Below are positions 54,687 to 64,000 of a stretch of DNA of 64,000 bases, piece by piece (the first letter of the stretch is position 1; each line of letters starts with the position of its first letter). Both the position numbers and the translations under genes were made by a program. Below the pieces are notes generated by a model. The model was not told where the DNA came from and did no database searches. It was given only the letters and a program-made list of their open reading frames with translations. The DNA comes from Vicinamibacterales bacterium (lineage in GTDB: Bacteria > Acidobacteriota > Vicinamibacteria > Vicinamibacterales > JAMQPK01), in assembly GCA_963775345.1 (NCBI GenBank), contig CAVZIS010000006.1, forward strand, positions 344,786-408,785. The letters are read 5' to 3'.

Positions 54687-55915
54687 ATGAGGCGAAGGAT
54701 ATTCCTGCTTTGCGTTGTCGTCGCAGTGTCGGCTGGCATGAGCGCGGCGCAGCATGCTGTCGATCGCCTTGTCCTGTATGCAGCGCTCGGTTCAGATCTG
54801 GCGACCTATGATGTAGACCTCGCTCATGCGGCGCTGGCCAGGCGATCGAGCGTCACGCTGCCGTTTGCGGTCCAGTATGCGTGGCCGCATCCGTCGAAGA
54901 AATTCCTGTATGTCGCCTGGAGCAACGGCATGCAGGGCGATCGTCACGGCATCACGGTCTATCGAGTTGATGCCGCTGGAGCCCTCGCGCCCCATGGACC
55001 ATCGATCGAGATTCGCCATCGGCCCGTGCATCTGACTCTGGACGCCAACGCGACGCATGTGCTCGTCGCCTACAACAACCCGAGCGGCCTGAGCGTGCAC
55101 AGCCTCAACGCCGACGGCACGCTCGGCAGCGAAGTCAAACAACCCGGATCGATCGATGGCGGGATCTACGCGCATCAGATCCGCGTGCATCCATCGAACA
55201 AGATGGTCGTCATGGTCACGCGCGGGAACGGCCCGACGCCAGCCGCCCGGAGGATCCGGGCGCGCTCAAGATTTTCGGCTACAACGATGGAATTCTCGAA
55301 AGCCGTCAGTCCATCGCCCCCAACGGCGGATTCGGATATCAGCCCCGGCACGTCGACTTTCACCCGTCGCAGCCGTGGATGTATCTCAACCTCGAACGGC
55401 AGAATCAGCTGCAGGTTTATCGCACCGTCCGCGGGGAATCCGTAGAGCCCGCTGCGCTCTTTACAAGGGACACGCTCGACAATCAGGCTGCCAGCAAGCC
55501 CGCTCAAATGACCGGCGCCATTCACGTGCATCCAAACGGGCGGTTCGTCTATGTCAGCAATCGCGCCAGCGGCACGATCGACGTCGGGGCAAAGCCAATC
55601 TGGGAGGGCGGTGAAAACACCATCGGTGTCTACGCCGTGGATCAGAAAACGGGCGAGCCGACGAGAATCCAGAACATCGACAGCGGCGGGATGCATGCGC
55701 GAACGTTCGCGCTCGATGATGGCGGCCGCATTCTCGTTGCTGCGAATCAGAACGCCGTGACCAGGCGTGACGGTGCGACCGAAACCAGAGTGCCTGCGTC
55801 GCTCGCGGCGTTCCGTATCGCGGCGGACGGCAAGCTGTCGTTTGTGCGGAAGTACGATGTGGAAACGGGGCAGGGGCGGAGTCTCATGTGGGTCGGACTC
55901 CTGACGCTGAACTAG
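54687..55915 (+). CDS. Lactonase-family 7-bladed beta-propeller (6-phosphogluconolactonase-like), secreted; one frameshift
   Basis: GAGGAG, then ATG 54687 (MRRRIFLLCVVVAVSAGMSAAQ). The N-half (to about 55245) and the C-half (EDPGALKIFGYNDGILESRQSIAPNGGFGYQPRHVDFHPSQPWMYLNLER...HVHPNGRFVYVSNR) are in different frames. The break is near gccgcccgg at 55240-55250. Confidence 0.75.
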
Positions 55916-55951
55916 GAACTAGGGATTAGGGATTAGGGATTGGGGATTAGG
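55913..55951. repeat. TTAGGGA-type heptamer array (G-quadruplex motif), second locus
   Basis: taggaactagggattagggattagggattggggattagg begins with the lactonase TAG stop. Same family as 12847-12896. Confidence 0.9.
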
Positions 55952-55954
55952 TGA

Positions 55955-56587
55955 ATGATGCTGAAACGTTTGTGGTTCGCTGGGGTCTCGGTGCTCGCCC
56001 TCGCTGCGGTTACCATTCCGGTCATGGCTCAAGATCGGATGCCGCCGATTCCGGCGGAGAAGCAGACTCCCGAGCAGCGCAAGGCGGCTGAGGCGTTTCG
56101 CGCCAGCCGGAAGCAGGATGTCTTCGGGCCGTTCGTACCGTTGTCCCGCAGTCCCGAAGTCATGCTGCGGACGATGGCGATGGGGGATTACCTCCGGTAT
56201 CGGACGGTGTTTCCGACCAGGCTCAACGAGCTCATCATCCTCATCACGGCGCGCCACTTCACGCAGCAATATGAATGGTACGTGCACTATCCGATTGCAC
56301 TCAAAGAGGGGCTGAGCCGGGAGATCGCCGACGCGATCGCCGATGGCCGCCGACCGGCAGGCATGCCGTCGGACGAAGAGCTCATTTACGACTTTTGCAC
56401 CGAGCTGCTGCACAACCACAGCGTGAGCGATGCGACCTACGCTCGCGCCGTTGCGAGATTCGGGGAGAAGGGAACGATTGAAATGGTCGGCGTGACCGGC
56501 TACTACACGTTTCAGTCGATGGTGTTGAACACGGCGCGGACGCCCGTCCCACGAGGTGCGCCCGCGCTCGCGCCGTTCCCGAAGTAG
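55955..56587 (+). CDS. Carboxymuconolactone decarboxylase (AhpD-like) family protein, secreted
   Basis: 210 aa with a signal peptide. The core ELIILITARHFTQQYEWYVHYPIALKEGL is typical of the CMD family. Confidence 0.75.
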   Translation: MMLKRLWFAGVSVLALAAVTIPVMAQDRMPPIPAEKQTPEQRKAAEAFRASRKQDVFGPFVPLSRSPEVMLRTMAMGDYLRYRTVFPTRLNELIILITARHFTQQYEWYVHYPIALKEGLSREIADAIADGRRPAGMPSDEELIYDFCTELLHNHSVSDATYARAVARFGEKGTIEMVGVTGYYTFQSMVLNTARTPVPRGAPALAPFPK

Positions 56588-56611
56588 GTTCCGGAGCCCG
56601 GAGCCTGACGT

Positions 56612-57415
56612 CTAAACGAGCTTACACATCCATCCAGTACCTGCGTCGCAATACCACAGAACGCCGTTGCGATCCATGTCGAGCCCGTGCGGGACGGGGT
56701 CTTCTTTGCTCAGCTGAATCCTCGACAGCACCGCGCCGTCCTTCGTATCGATCTTGAAGATTGCGCGATCGTCCGAGTTGATCACCCACAGCGCGCCTTT
56801 GTCGATGGCCATCCCGTGCGTTCGCGGTGTGCTGCCGGGGCCCGGAATGCTTCGGACGATAGCGCCGGTCTCTGGCTCCATGAGGAACACCTTGTTGGCC
56901 GCCGGCACCGCCATCCAGTATTGCCCATCGATCCATTTCAGGCCGTGTGCGCCAGAGGGCGTATCGCCGCGCTCGGCGCTCATGCGGCCGTATAACCCTG
57001 AACCGGGGGTGACAAAAGTTTTGAGTGTCTTGCCGGTCTTTGGATCGACCTTCAGCGTCTTGGGTGGATCCTGAGCGTTCTTTCCCTTCGTCGATCCGAT
57101 CCACAGCGCCCCGTTGCCGTAGGTGATGCCGCTCGAGTGCAACCCTTCTGTGAGGATCTCTCTCAGGATGGTGCCGTCTTCCGGCTTCACAAGGAATGCC
57201 TTGTTGGTCGGCTGGTCGACCTGGTCGAGCACCCAGAGACCTTCGGGCACGAACTGCAGGTCGTTCGGTTGCGTGCTCGCCGGAATCTTGTAGAGCTTCT
57301 CGACCCGTTTGGTGACTGTTGGAACCTCCTGCGCGAACGTCAGCCGCGACGCGGCCGCGGCACCTGCAACGCCTGCGAGAAACGCGCGCCGCGAAACTGG
57401 TCGATCTGTCGCCAT
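56612..57415 (-). CDS. Tat-exported beta-propeller protein (Vgb-lyase / glutaminyl-cyclase-like fold)
   Basis: Likely start MATDRPVSRRAFLAGVAGAAAAS (twin-arginine motif). Repeated blade patterns follow (HSSGITYGNGALWIG, HGLKWIDGQYWMAV, HGMAIDKGALWVIN, HGLDMDRNGVLWYCD). The fold assignment is tentative. Confidence 0.5.
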   Translation of the reverse strand: MATDRPVSRRAFLAGVAGAAAASRLTFAQEVPTVTKRVEKLYKIPASTQPNDLQFVPEGLWVLDQVDQPTNKAFLVKPEDGTILREILTEGLHSSGITYGNGALWIGSTKGKNAQDPPKTLKVDPKTGKTLKTFVTPGSGLYGRMSAERGDTPSGAHGLKWIDGQYWMAVPAANKVFLMEPETGAIVRSIPGPGSTPRTHGMAIDKGALWVINSDDRAIFKIDTKDGAVLSRIQLSKEDPVPHGLDMDRNGVLWYCDAGTGWMCKLV

Positions 57416-57533
57416 ACGGCCTCCTGTCAGAACCATGGAGGCGGGTCTTGCTGAGAGACCCGCCCTACTCAAGACGAAGTGCAAGGCCCGCCCTGCGCGA
57501 TATGCCCGGGAAGTATAGCGCTATACTCCACGC

Positions 57534-59529
57534 ATGTCGCGATATGCAACCTACTGGTCCTTGTTCATGGTTGCCGTCGGTCTCCTGATTTGCAATCCGC
57601 CGGCAGCGGGGCAGCACGGCGCGAAAAACGGCGAGTGGCGCGCATACGCCGGCGAGCCGGGCAGCACGAAATACTCACCGCTCGATCAAATCAGCAGAGA
57701 CAACGCGAAAAACCTCAGGGTCGCGTGGCGCTTCAAGGCGGACAACCTCGGTCCGCTGCCCGACTACAACATGCAGGCCGTTCCCCTCATGGTGGGTGGA
57801 GTTCTCTATTCGCAGGCCGGGTCACGCCGTGCTGTTGTTGCCCTGGATCCAGCGACGGGCGAGATGCTGTGGATGTGGCGGATGGACGAAGGCGAGCGGG
57901 GCCGCAACGCTCCGCGTCAGGGATCCGGACGCGGCCTTGCCTACTGGACAGACGGCAAGGGCGACGATCGCATCTACACGATCACGCCGGGCTACCACCT
58001 GGTTGCCCTGAGCGCGAAGACCGGTGTTCCCGTTTCATCGTTCGGCAGTAGCGGTGTCGTCGACCTGAAGACCGAGCTCGACCAGACGATCGATCCGATC
58101 ACCGGCGAGATCGGCCTCAACTCGCCGCCCGTCATCGCCAACAACGTGCTCGTCGTCGGCGCGGCGCATTTGTCGGGAGCGGCGCCGAAGACCAAAGAGC
58201 ACATCAAAGGCTACATACGCGGCTACGACGTGCGGACCGGTAAGCGTTTGTGGATCTTTCATACGATTCCGCAACCAGGAGAATTCGGCAACGACACGTG
58301 GCTGAACGACTCCTGGGCCTATACGGGGAACGCCGGTAACTGGGCTCCTATCACGATCGACGAGCAGCTCAACCGCGTGTATCTCACGATTGAGGACGGG
58401 ACCGGCGACTACTACGGGGGGCATCGACCGGGCAATAACCTCTTCACTGCCAGCATCGTCTGCGTCGATCTCAACACGGGCAAGCGCTACTGGCATTATC
58501 AGCTCGTCCACCATGACATCTGGGACTGGGACATCCCCGCCCCGGCGGTGCTGATGGACATCACCGTCGGCGGCAAACCCATCAAGGCCGTTGCCGTCAT
58601 CACCAAGCAGGCGTGGGTGTACACCTTCGATCGCGTGACAGGGGCGCCGGTGTGGCCAATCGAGGAACGGCCCGTGCCCGCAGGGCAAGGTGCCGAGCGA
58701 GTGGTACGCGCCGACACAGCCGCATCCCTCTAAGCCCGCGCCCTTCGACCGGCAGGGCATTACAGAGAACGACGTCGTTGACTGGACTCCTGAAATCAAG
58801 GCGGAGGCCCTGCGCGTGCTGAGCCTTCATAAGCATGGTCCCAGCCCGTTCGTACCGCCGGCGGCGGTCGGCGAAGACTTCAAATTCGGAAGCCTGCAGG
58901 TGCCCGGGAACAACGGCGGAGCAAACTGGGAAGGTGGCACATTCGATCCCGAGACCGGGATCCTCTACGTTTTCTCATCCACGCAGCCGAGCCGGCGTGC
59001 TCTCATCAACGATCCAAAAGCTTCGAACATGAACTTCATCGAGGGACGCGGCCGCAATCCTCATGGCGTCGGTGATATCCCGGCTGGCACACCGGTTCCT
59101 CCACCAACGGTTTTCGGCCTGCCGCTGATCAAGCCGCCATACGGGCGCATCACGGCGATCAACATGAATACCGGCGAACATGTCTGGCAAGTGCCGAACG
59201 GCGGTACACCCGACAACATCGCCAACCATGAAAAGCTGAAGGGCATCGAGATCCCACGGACCGGACGTCCGGGACGAACAGGGACGATGGTCACAAAGAC
59301 GCTGCTGTGGGCGGGAGAGCGAGGGCCCCTTGTGAACGTCAACGGCCAGGAGGGATCGTGGTTTCGTGCGTATGACAAAGCAACGGGCGCGATCGTGGCC
59401 GAGATTCTCGTGCCCGCGAACGTGAGCAACGTCCCGATGACCTACATGCACAACAACAAGCAATACATCATCGTGGCCGTGTCGGCGACCGGCCATCCGT
59501 CAGAGCTCGTGGCGTTGACGCTGCCGTAG
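57534..59529 (+). CDS. PQQ-dependent dehydrogenase (8-bladed quinoprotein), secreted; one frameshift
   Basis: GEWRAYAGEPGSTKYSPLDQI, LVALDPATGEMLW, DVRTGKRLW, YWHYQLVHHDIWDWD are typical quinoprotein motifs. The frame changes at about 58683 (..ERPVPAG|KVPSEWYAPTQPHPSKPAPFDRQG..), linking ORFs 57534-58733 and 58690-59529. Confidence 0.8.
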
Positions 59530-59580
59530 CACTCGTTATTGCGCAACTGAAGGTGCGCGTGGGGCGGTAACATCAAATCG

Positions 59581-61748
59581 ATGCAATCGATGTTTCGAAG
59601 ACTGCCGTTGGTCTGCCTCGTCGGGCTGGTGGCAGCCGTCGCACTCACCCGTGCGCAGGCGCCAAGTCCCGAGATCACGTTCAAGGTCGAGGTGAACTAC
59701 GTCGAAGAGGATGTCCGCGTTGTCGACGCGAGCGGCCGCTTCGTCCGCGGATTGAAACAGGAGGATTTTCAGATTTCAGAAGATGGAAAGCCGCAGAGGA
59801 TTCAGACGTTCGGCATGGTCGACATTCCCGTCAGACCCGCGCGCCCGCCGCTCTATCTCGGGCCGGAGGCGATCCCCATCGATCCCGACGTGTCATCGAA
59901 CAGGCAGGCACTCGATGGGCGGCTCTACCTGATTGTGCTGGACGATTACCACGTCGCGCCTTTGAGGACGCAGAACGCCAGGAACCTCGCGCGACGGTTT
60001 GTTCTCGAAAAGCTGGGCCCCGACGACCAGGCCGCCGTCGTGGTCACCAGCGGGCTGCTCGACGCGACACAGGAGTTCACGTCCAATCGCCGGCTGCTCC
60101 TCGAGGCCATCGAACGCTTCACCGGCCAGAAAGTCCCTCTGCGGCCGTCGAGAAGCTGACGCGCCGCGCGCGGGAAGAGGTGGGCGAGCGCGCGAGACTC
60201 CAGGAAGGTCAGCAGCCCAAAGACACCATCACGCTGCAGGTCGACGACCCGTACGCCACCGAGCGCACCTTCAAAGCGCGCGCCTCCTTGAACTCGTTGC
60301 GCCGCATCGCCGAGTGGATGGCGGCCGTGCAGGGGAGACGGAAGGCGGTCGTCTTCATCAGCGAGGGCGTCGATTTCAATATCTACGACATCTTCGTCGG
60401 GGCCGATCGGACGGCGTTTCAAATGGAGAACTTCAACCTGATGCAGGAGGAGACCTGGGAAGCCATTTCGGCCGCCTCTCGCAGCAACGTCCAGATCTAT
60501 CCGATCGACCCGCGCGGTCTCTACACCATGGCTCCCGAGCAGATTGAGCTTCAAGGGATGCCCCTCGGCGGCGGCATGCGACTCGGTCCCAACACGCTGC
60601 AGCAGGAGCTGCAGACCTCGCAAATGAATCTTCGACAGCTTGCGGAGCAGACCGGCGGAGTTGCCGCGGTAGGCGCTGCCGATCTCGACCGGGCTCTGGA
60701 CCGCATCGTCGATGAGAACAGCTCGTACTATGTCCTCGGCTACTACTCGAGCAACGAGCGGCGCGACGGACGGCTCCGGAACATCGCCGTGAAAGTTGCG
60801 GGGTATCCCGACGCGCAGGTGAGCTACCGCAAGCGCTATGCCGCGCCGCGCGGGCGCGCGTCGCGATCGACGGCAGAACGCAAGGGAACTGACGCTGCCG
60901 CCGGGTTGACCGCCGAGCTCATGCAGGCGATGGCGACGCCGCTGCCGAGAACGGGCTTGCAGCTGCGAGTCACAGCGGTTCCGCGAAAAGGCGTCGTCGA
61001 CAGATCGAGCAGTCTCGATGTCCTCATCGATATCGCTGGCAGGGATCTCACGTTTGTACGCAAAGGCGATGTGTTCGCCAACCGCCTTTCGTTCTCAGTT
61101 GGCGTGTTCAACAAGGAAGGCAAGGCTGTCATCACCGAGCGTCCGGATGCGGCGCTGAATCTCCGACCCGAGACCCATGCGCGGGTCGCCGAGCATGGCG
61201 TACGGGTGTTGGTGCCGCTTTCAATCCGCCCGGGGCGCTATCAGCTTCGAGTAGCGGCCCAGGACAGTTCAAAGACCCGTCAGGGAACCGTACATCTCGA
61301 TCTGGACGTGCTCGACTTCACACAGCCGGCGCTCGCACTCAGCGGCATCGCGTTGGCCTCGTCGGCCGATCGTTCGATGTACATTCCGCCCCGGCCCGGA
61401 TTCGATCCGTTTGACGGCTTCCTGGCCGGCACGCTGACGACGCTCCGTGAATTTCCCGCCAGGAGTGAAGTGGCCGCGTTCGTGGAAGTGTACGTGAACC
61501 GGCCTGCGCCGGTACATCGTCTCGATATCACGTCGACGGTGAGAACCGATGACGGTCGCATCGTATTTGCCGACAGCGAAGAGCGATCGACCGAAGACTT
61601 GCACGGAACGGCAGGTGCGTTCGGCTACGCCGTGCGTGTTCCGATCGCCGACTGGGCTCCCGGACGATACACGCTCACGATCGACGCGAAAGCCCGTCTG
61701 GAGACTGGGAGCCAGGTTTCGCGAGTGATCGAATTTCGCGTTATTTGA
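59581..61748 (+). CDS. VWFA-related (acidobacterial-type VWA) domain protein with long C-terminal extension; one frameshift
   Basis: TFKVEVNYVEEDVRVVDASGRFVRGLKQEDFQISEDGKPQRIQTF, then LYLIVLDD...DQAAVVVTS...FT, continuing across a frame change at about 60134-60138 into GRRKAVVFISEGVD. The VWA fold spans the two ORFs. Confidence 0.75.
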
Positions 61749-62208
61749 TTCTGAACGTTCCGTCCGGTCGTTTTTCGCGATGAGCTGCATGGCAGCTGCT
61801 GCAGATCTTGTTGAGGCGTTCCTGCGCGAGGGTGGCTGCGCTCGGGGAGTGCAGATCGATCACTGCGAGCGCCTTCGAAATGTTTGCCGCCTCCGCCAGC
61901 GCTTCGCGGGACAACGCGATCGCGCCCTTCGTTTTCTTCTCCTCCCAGAACGCGAGGACGTTCGCAAGGATCTCCTCGAGGCGCGCCGCCTCGTCGCGGG
62001 CTTTCATCGTCGTCTCGAAGAGAAGGACGCGCTCGAGATCTGCGCGCGCAACCTCTTCGATGTTGTTCCGGAGGCTGGTGTCGAGCGCGTTCAGCTCGCG
62101 CATCGCCTTGGCGTAATCCTGCTCGGTCTTCAGGGGCGCCGATCCCTGCTGCGCCGACACTCCGCTCACAAGAGTCAGAATGATTATCACGGAGCGCATA
62201 ATGCGCAT
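61741..62208 (-). CDS. Cytochrome c' (class II, four-helix-bundle) -like protein
   Basis: Signal peptide MRIMRSVIIILTLVSGVSAQ, a helical body and a C-terminal heme motif C-S-S-C-H (KICSSCHAAH). It overlaps the VWA gene's stop by 8 nt (convergent). Confidence 0.7.
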   Translation of the reverse strand: MRIMRSVIIILTLVSGVSAQQGSAPLKTEQDYAKAMRELNALDTSLRNNIEEVARADLERVLLFETTMKARDEAARLEEILANVLAFWEEKKTKGAIALSREALAEAANISKALAVIDLHSPSAATLAQERLNKICSSCHAAHREKRPDGTFRIK

Positions 62209-62407
62209 TGTACAGTCGTGCCGGCCCACACAGAAACAGGAGAGAGGAGCTTAGGAGCCCGAACGCCCATAACCGTTCATCACAGAGACCACCGAGCAAC
62301 GACATCGACTTCGCGCCGTCGGCCGCTCGCGGCCCACGAAGTCGATGCACGACTTCACAGAGTCTTCTGACGCAATCCACGGAGCGCATCACATAGCCTT
62401 CGTGCTT

Positions 62408-62442
62408 CGTCCTTCGTGGACCTTCGTGTGGGTTTCTGTATC
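62408..62442. repeat. CTTCGTG-type tandem repeat, second locus
   Basis: ccttcgtgcttcgtccttcgtggaccttcgtgtgg lies in the divergent spacer between the cytochrome c' and SnoaL-like genes. Same family as 7638-7693. Confidence 0.85.
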
Positions 62443-62517
62443 CGCCGTGGCCTCTGTGGTTTGGTTCAAGTCAGAAAAACTTGCGCGATTCGCTGAACTG
62501 CTGCTAAAAGCATCTCC

Positions 62518-63130
62518 ATGAAACAGACGGCGGTCATTGTTCGTGGTGGTCGTGTCCCTGCTCCCGGCACTGCTCGGGGCGCAACAGAAACCGGCACCGA
62601 AACCCGCACAGAAGCCAACAGAGAAACCAAAGACGGCCGACGTTGTGACACCCGGCGTTGCCGAGCAAAGCGCACCCGAGGCGATTACCAAAATCGTTCA
62701 GACGTGGCTCGAAGCCTGGAACAGACTCGATGGTTCGGAAGCCGCCACCGAGCGGTTCGTCGATCTGTACTCGCCGGACGCGCGTCATGACACGGGCCCT
62801 TCGAACAAGCCGATCGGTCCTGAATTTTTCGCTGCACCCGACGGCATCCGGAAGCTCGCGGAGGACTTCGGAAAGTCGCACACGGAGCTCGCTTATCGCC
62901 TCGAGACGGCCACGGCCAATGAAAGAGCGTTCGAGCTCATTTATCACACCGACGGGCCGTGGGGCGGCAAGGCGATTGCCGTTCCTTATACCGGCGCCTA
63001 CACCGTGCGGGCCACCAAACGCCGATACTTCTATCCCGGTGTGGCGGTCTTTTATTTGAACAAGGCCGGGAAGATTACCTATGCGCGCTTCTACTCCGGG
63101 CGCGATCAGGTCGCCGAAGTCAGACCGTAA
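62518..63130 (+). CDS. Secreted SnoaL/NTF2-like protein (start region ambiguous)
   Basis: The body (IVQTWLEAWNRLDGS...FVDLYSPDARH...) is NTF2-like. The long ORF opens at TTG 62537 (FVVVVSLLPALLGAQQ). ATG 62518 (MKQTAVI) would supply the signal n-region but is 1 nt out of frame. Confidence 0.6.
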
Positions 63131-63258
63131 GGCAAAAAGGCCTGATTTTCTGGAAAATGGCCCTGTCTGATACAAGTTGACACAATCCGCCCGGGTCCAG
63201 TTCTGTTACCGTAAAGTCATCTTTTGACCGGTAACCCACGCGACGTGGAGGCTCCGCT

Positions 63259-64000
63259 ATGAGATTCACTGGGGCGTCAATATTGGTGACCGCAATGGGT
63301 CTGGCGTTGAGCATCACGACCCTGGCGCAGCAGAAACCGCAACCGCCGAAAACCCCGGAAGCGATGAGCGATTTCGATAAAGCTCACGAGGCGTGCCTTC
63401 ACAAAAGACAAAGCCGAAGAAGCGAGCCGTCTCACCGAGGAAGCCGCGCGCATTCTTCCGGCCGGACCAGGAGCGGCCGGTGAGGTTCGGCGGAATAACT
63501 ACATAGACGACTACGTGTTCGACCGGATGAAGCGCGATGGAATCCGTCACGCGCCGCTCTCCTCCGATCAGGAGTTTCTCCGCCGGGCGTATGTCGATGC
63601 GACGGGCACGCTGCCGACCGCCGACGAAGTTCGCGCATTTGTCGCCAGCACCGATCCGGCCAAGCGAAACAAGCTGGTGGACAAGCTGGTTGAGAGCGAG
63701 GAGTTCGCCGAGCAGTTCTCGTGGCTGTGGGGCGACATGCTGAACCAGCAGGATCCCGCCTACAACTACTGGATCAAGGAATTCCTGCGCGCCGATCGTC
63801 CCTACAACGAAGTCGTCACCGACATGATGTCGGGCGTCGCAAAGACGCACACGACGATCCCCGCGCTCGGGCTGTTTTCCGATGCATATGTCGGCACAAA
63901 CAGCAGTCCCATGAACATGGACGACTACCGCGGGCTCAACCGGCTGGATACGCTGGATTACTTCGCGATCGCGTCATCGCGCGTGTTGCTTGGCATGAAC
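63259..64000 (+). CDS. DUF1549 (PSCyt2)-domain protein, 5' part, runs off the window; frameshift near the start
   Basis: Signal peptide MRFTGASILVTAMGLALSITTLAQQ (frame 1). From about 63390 the coding signal continues in frame 2: NNYIDDYVFDRMKRDGIRHAPLSSDQEFLRRAYVDATGTLPTADEVRAFV...EEFAEQFSWLWGD (DUF1549 hallmark). It is still open at 64000. Confidence 0.7.

Overview
High-GC bacterial chromosomal window. The gene content looks Acidobacteriota-like; this is an inference from CarboxypepD_reg-type TonB-dependent receptors (TBDRs), Ser/Thr kinases fused to TolB/PD40 propellers, a VWFA-related protein and PSCyt/PSD1 + DUF1501 pairs. Layout: (i) 1-21 kb holds toxin-antitoxin-like leftovers, one intact Ser/Thr kinase plus two orphan kinase 5' ends, two amidases, small enzymes (2-hydroxyacid dehydrogenase, methyltransferase, two GNATs, OsmC, hydrolase) and a DapA-like/RraA-like/DASS-transporter module. 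(ii) 21-52 kb is a TBDR-rich accessory region built from a paralogous cassette: TBDR, YVTN/YncE-like beta-propeller, Tat-exported Rieske protein, PAL-like NHL propeller. The cassette occurs in five full or partial copies of two subtypes, most decayed by frameshifts or nonsense mutations. It is interrupted by a decayed PSCyt/PSD1-DUF1501 pair and a decayed LysR + RraA-like pair. (iii) 52-64 kb encodes secreted redox and hydrolytic proteins, beginning with a cytochrome-c/PHM-like copper monooxygenase directly after the last cassette. Best candidate for an undescribed system: this cassette plus the PHM-like gene. It would be an outer-membrane uptake and periplasmic oxidation module that carries bacterial look-alikes of both halves of peptidylglycine alpha-amidating monooxygenase (PHM and PAL) next to protein electron carriers (Rieske, heme c). 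Second theme: spacers between intact genes carry recurring families of 6-9-nt tandem repeats, often as inverted arrays or long hairpins. These include G-quadruplex-type TTAGGGA arrays and polypurine mirror repeats that fuse ORFs. Third theme: internal deletions that preserve both gene ends (kinase, LysR) and one kinase-5'-end::amidase chimera. No rRNA, tRNA, CRISPR array, transposase or integrase was recognised. Caveat: the window has many frameshifts, some in single-copy genes. Without reads I cannot separate assembly indels from real decay. In-frame nonsense substitutions and multi-nucleotide indels in the cassette copies argue that much of that decay is real.
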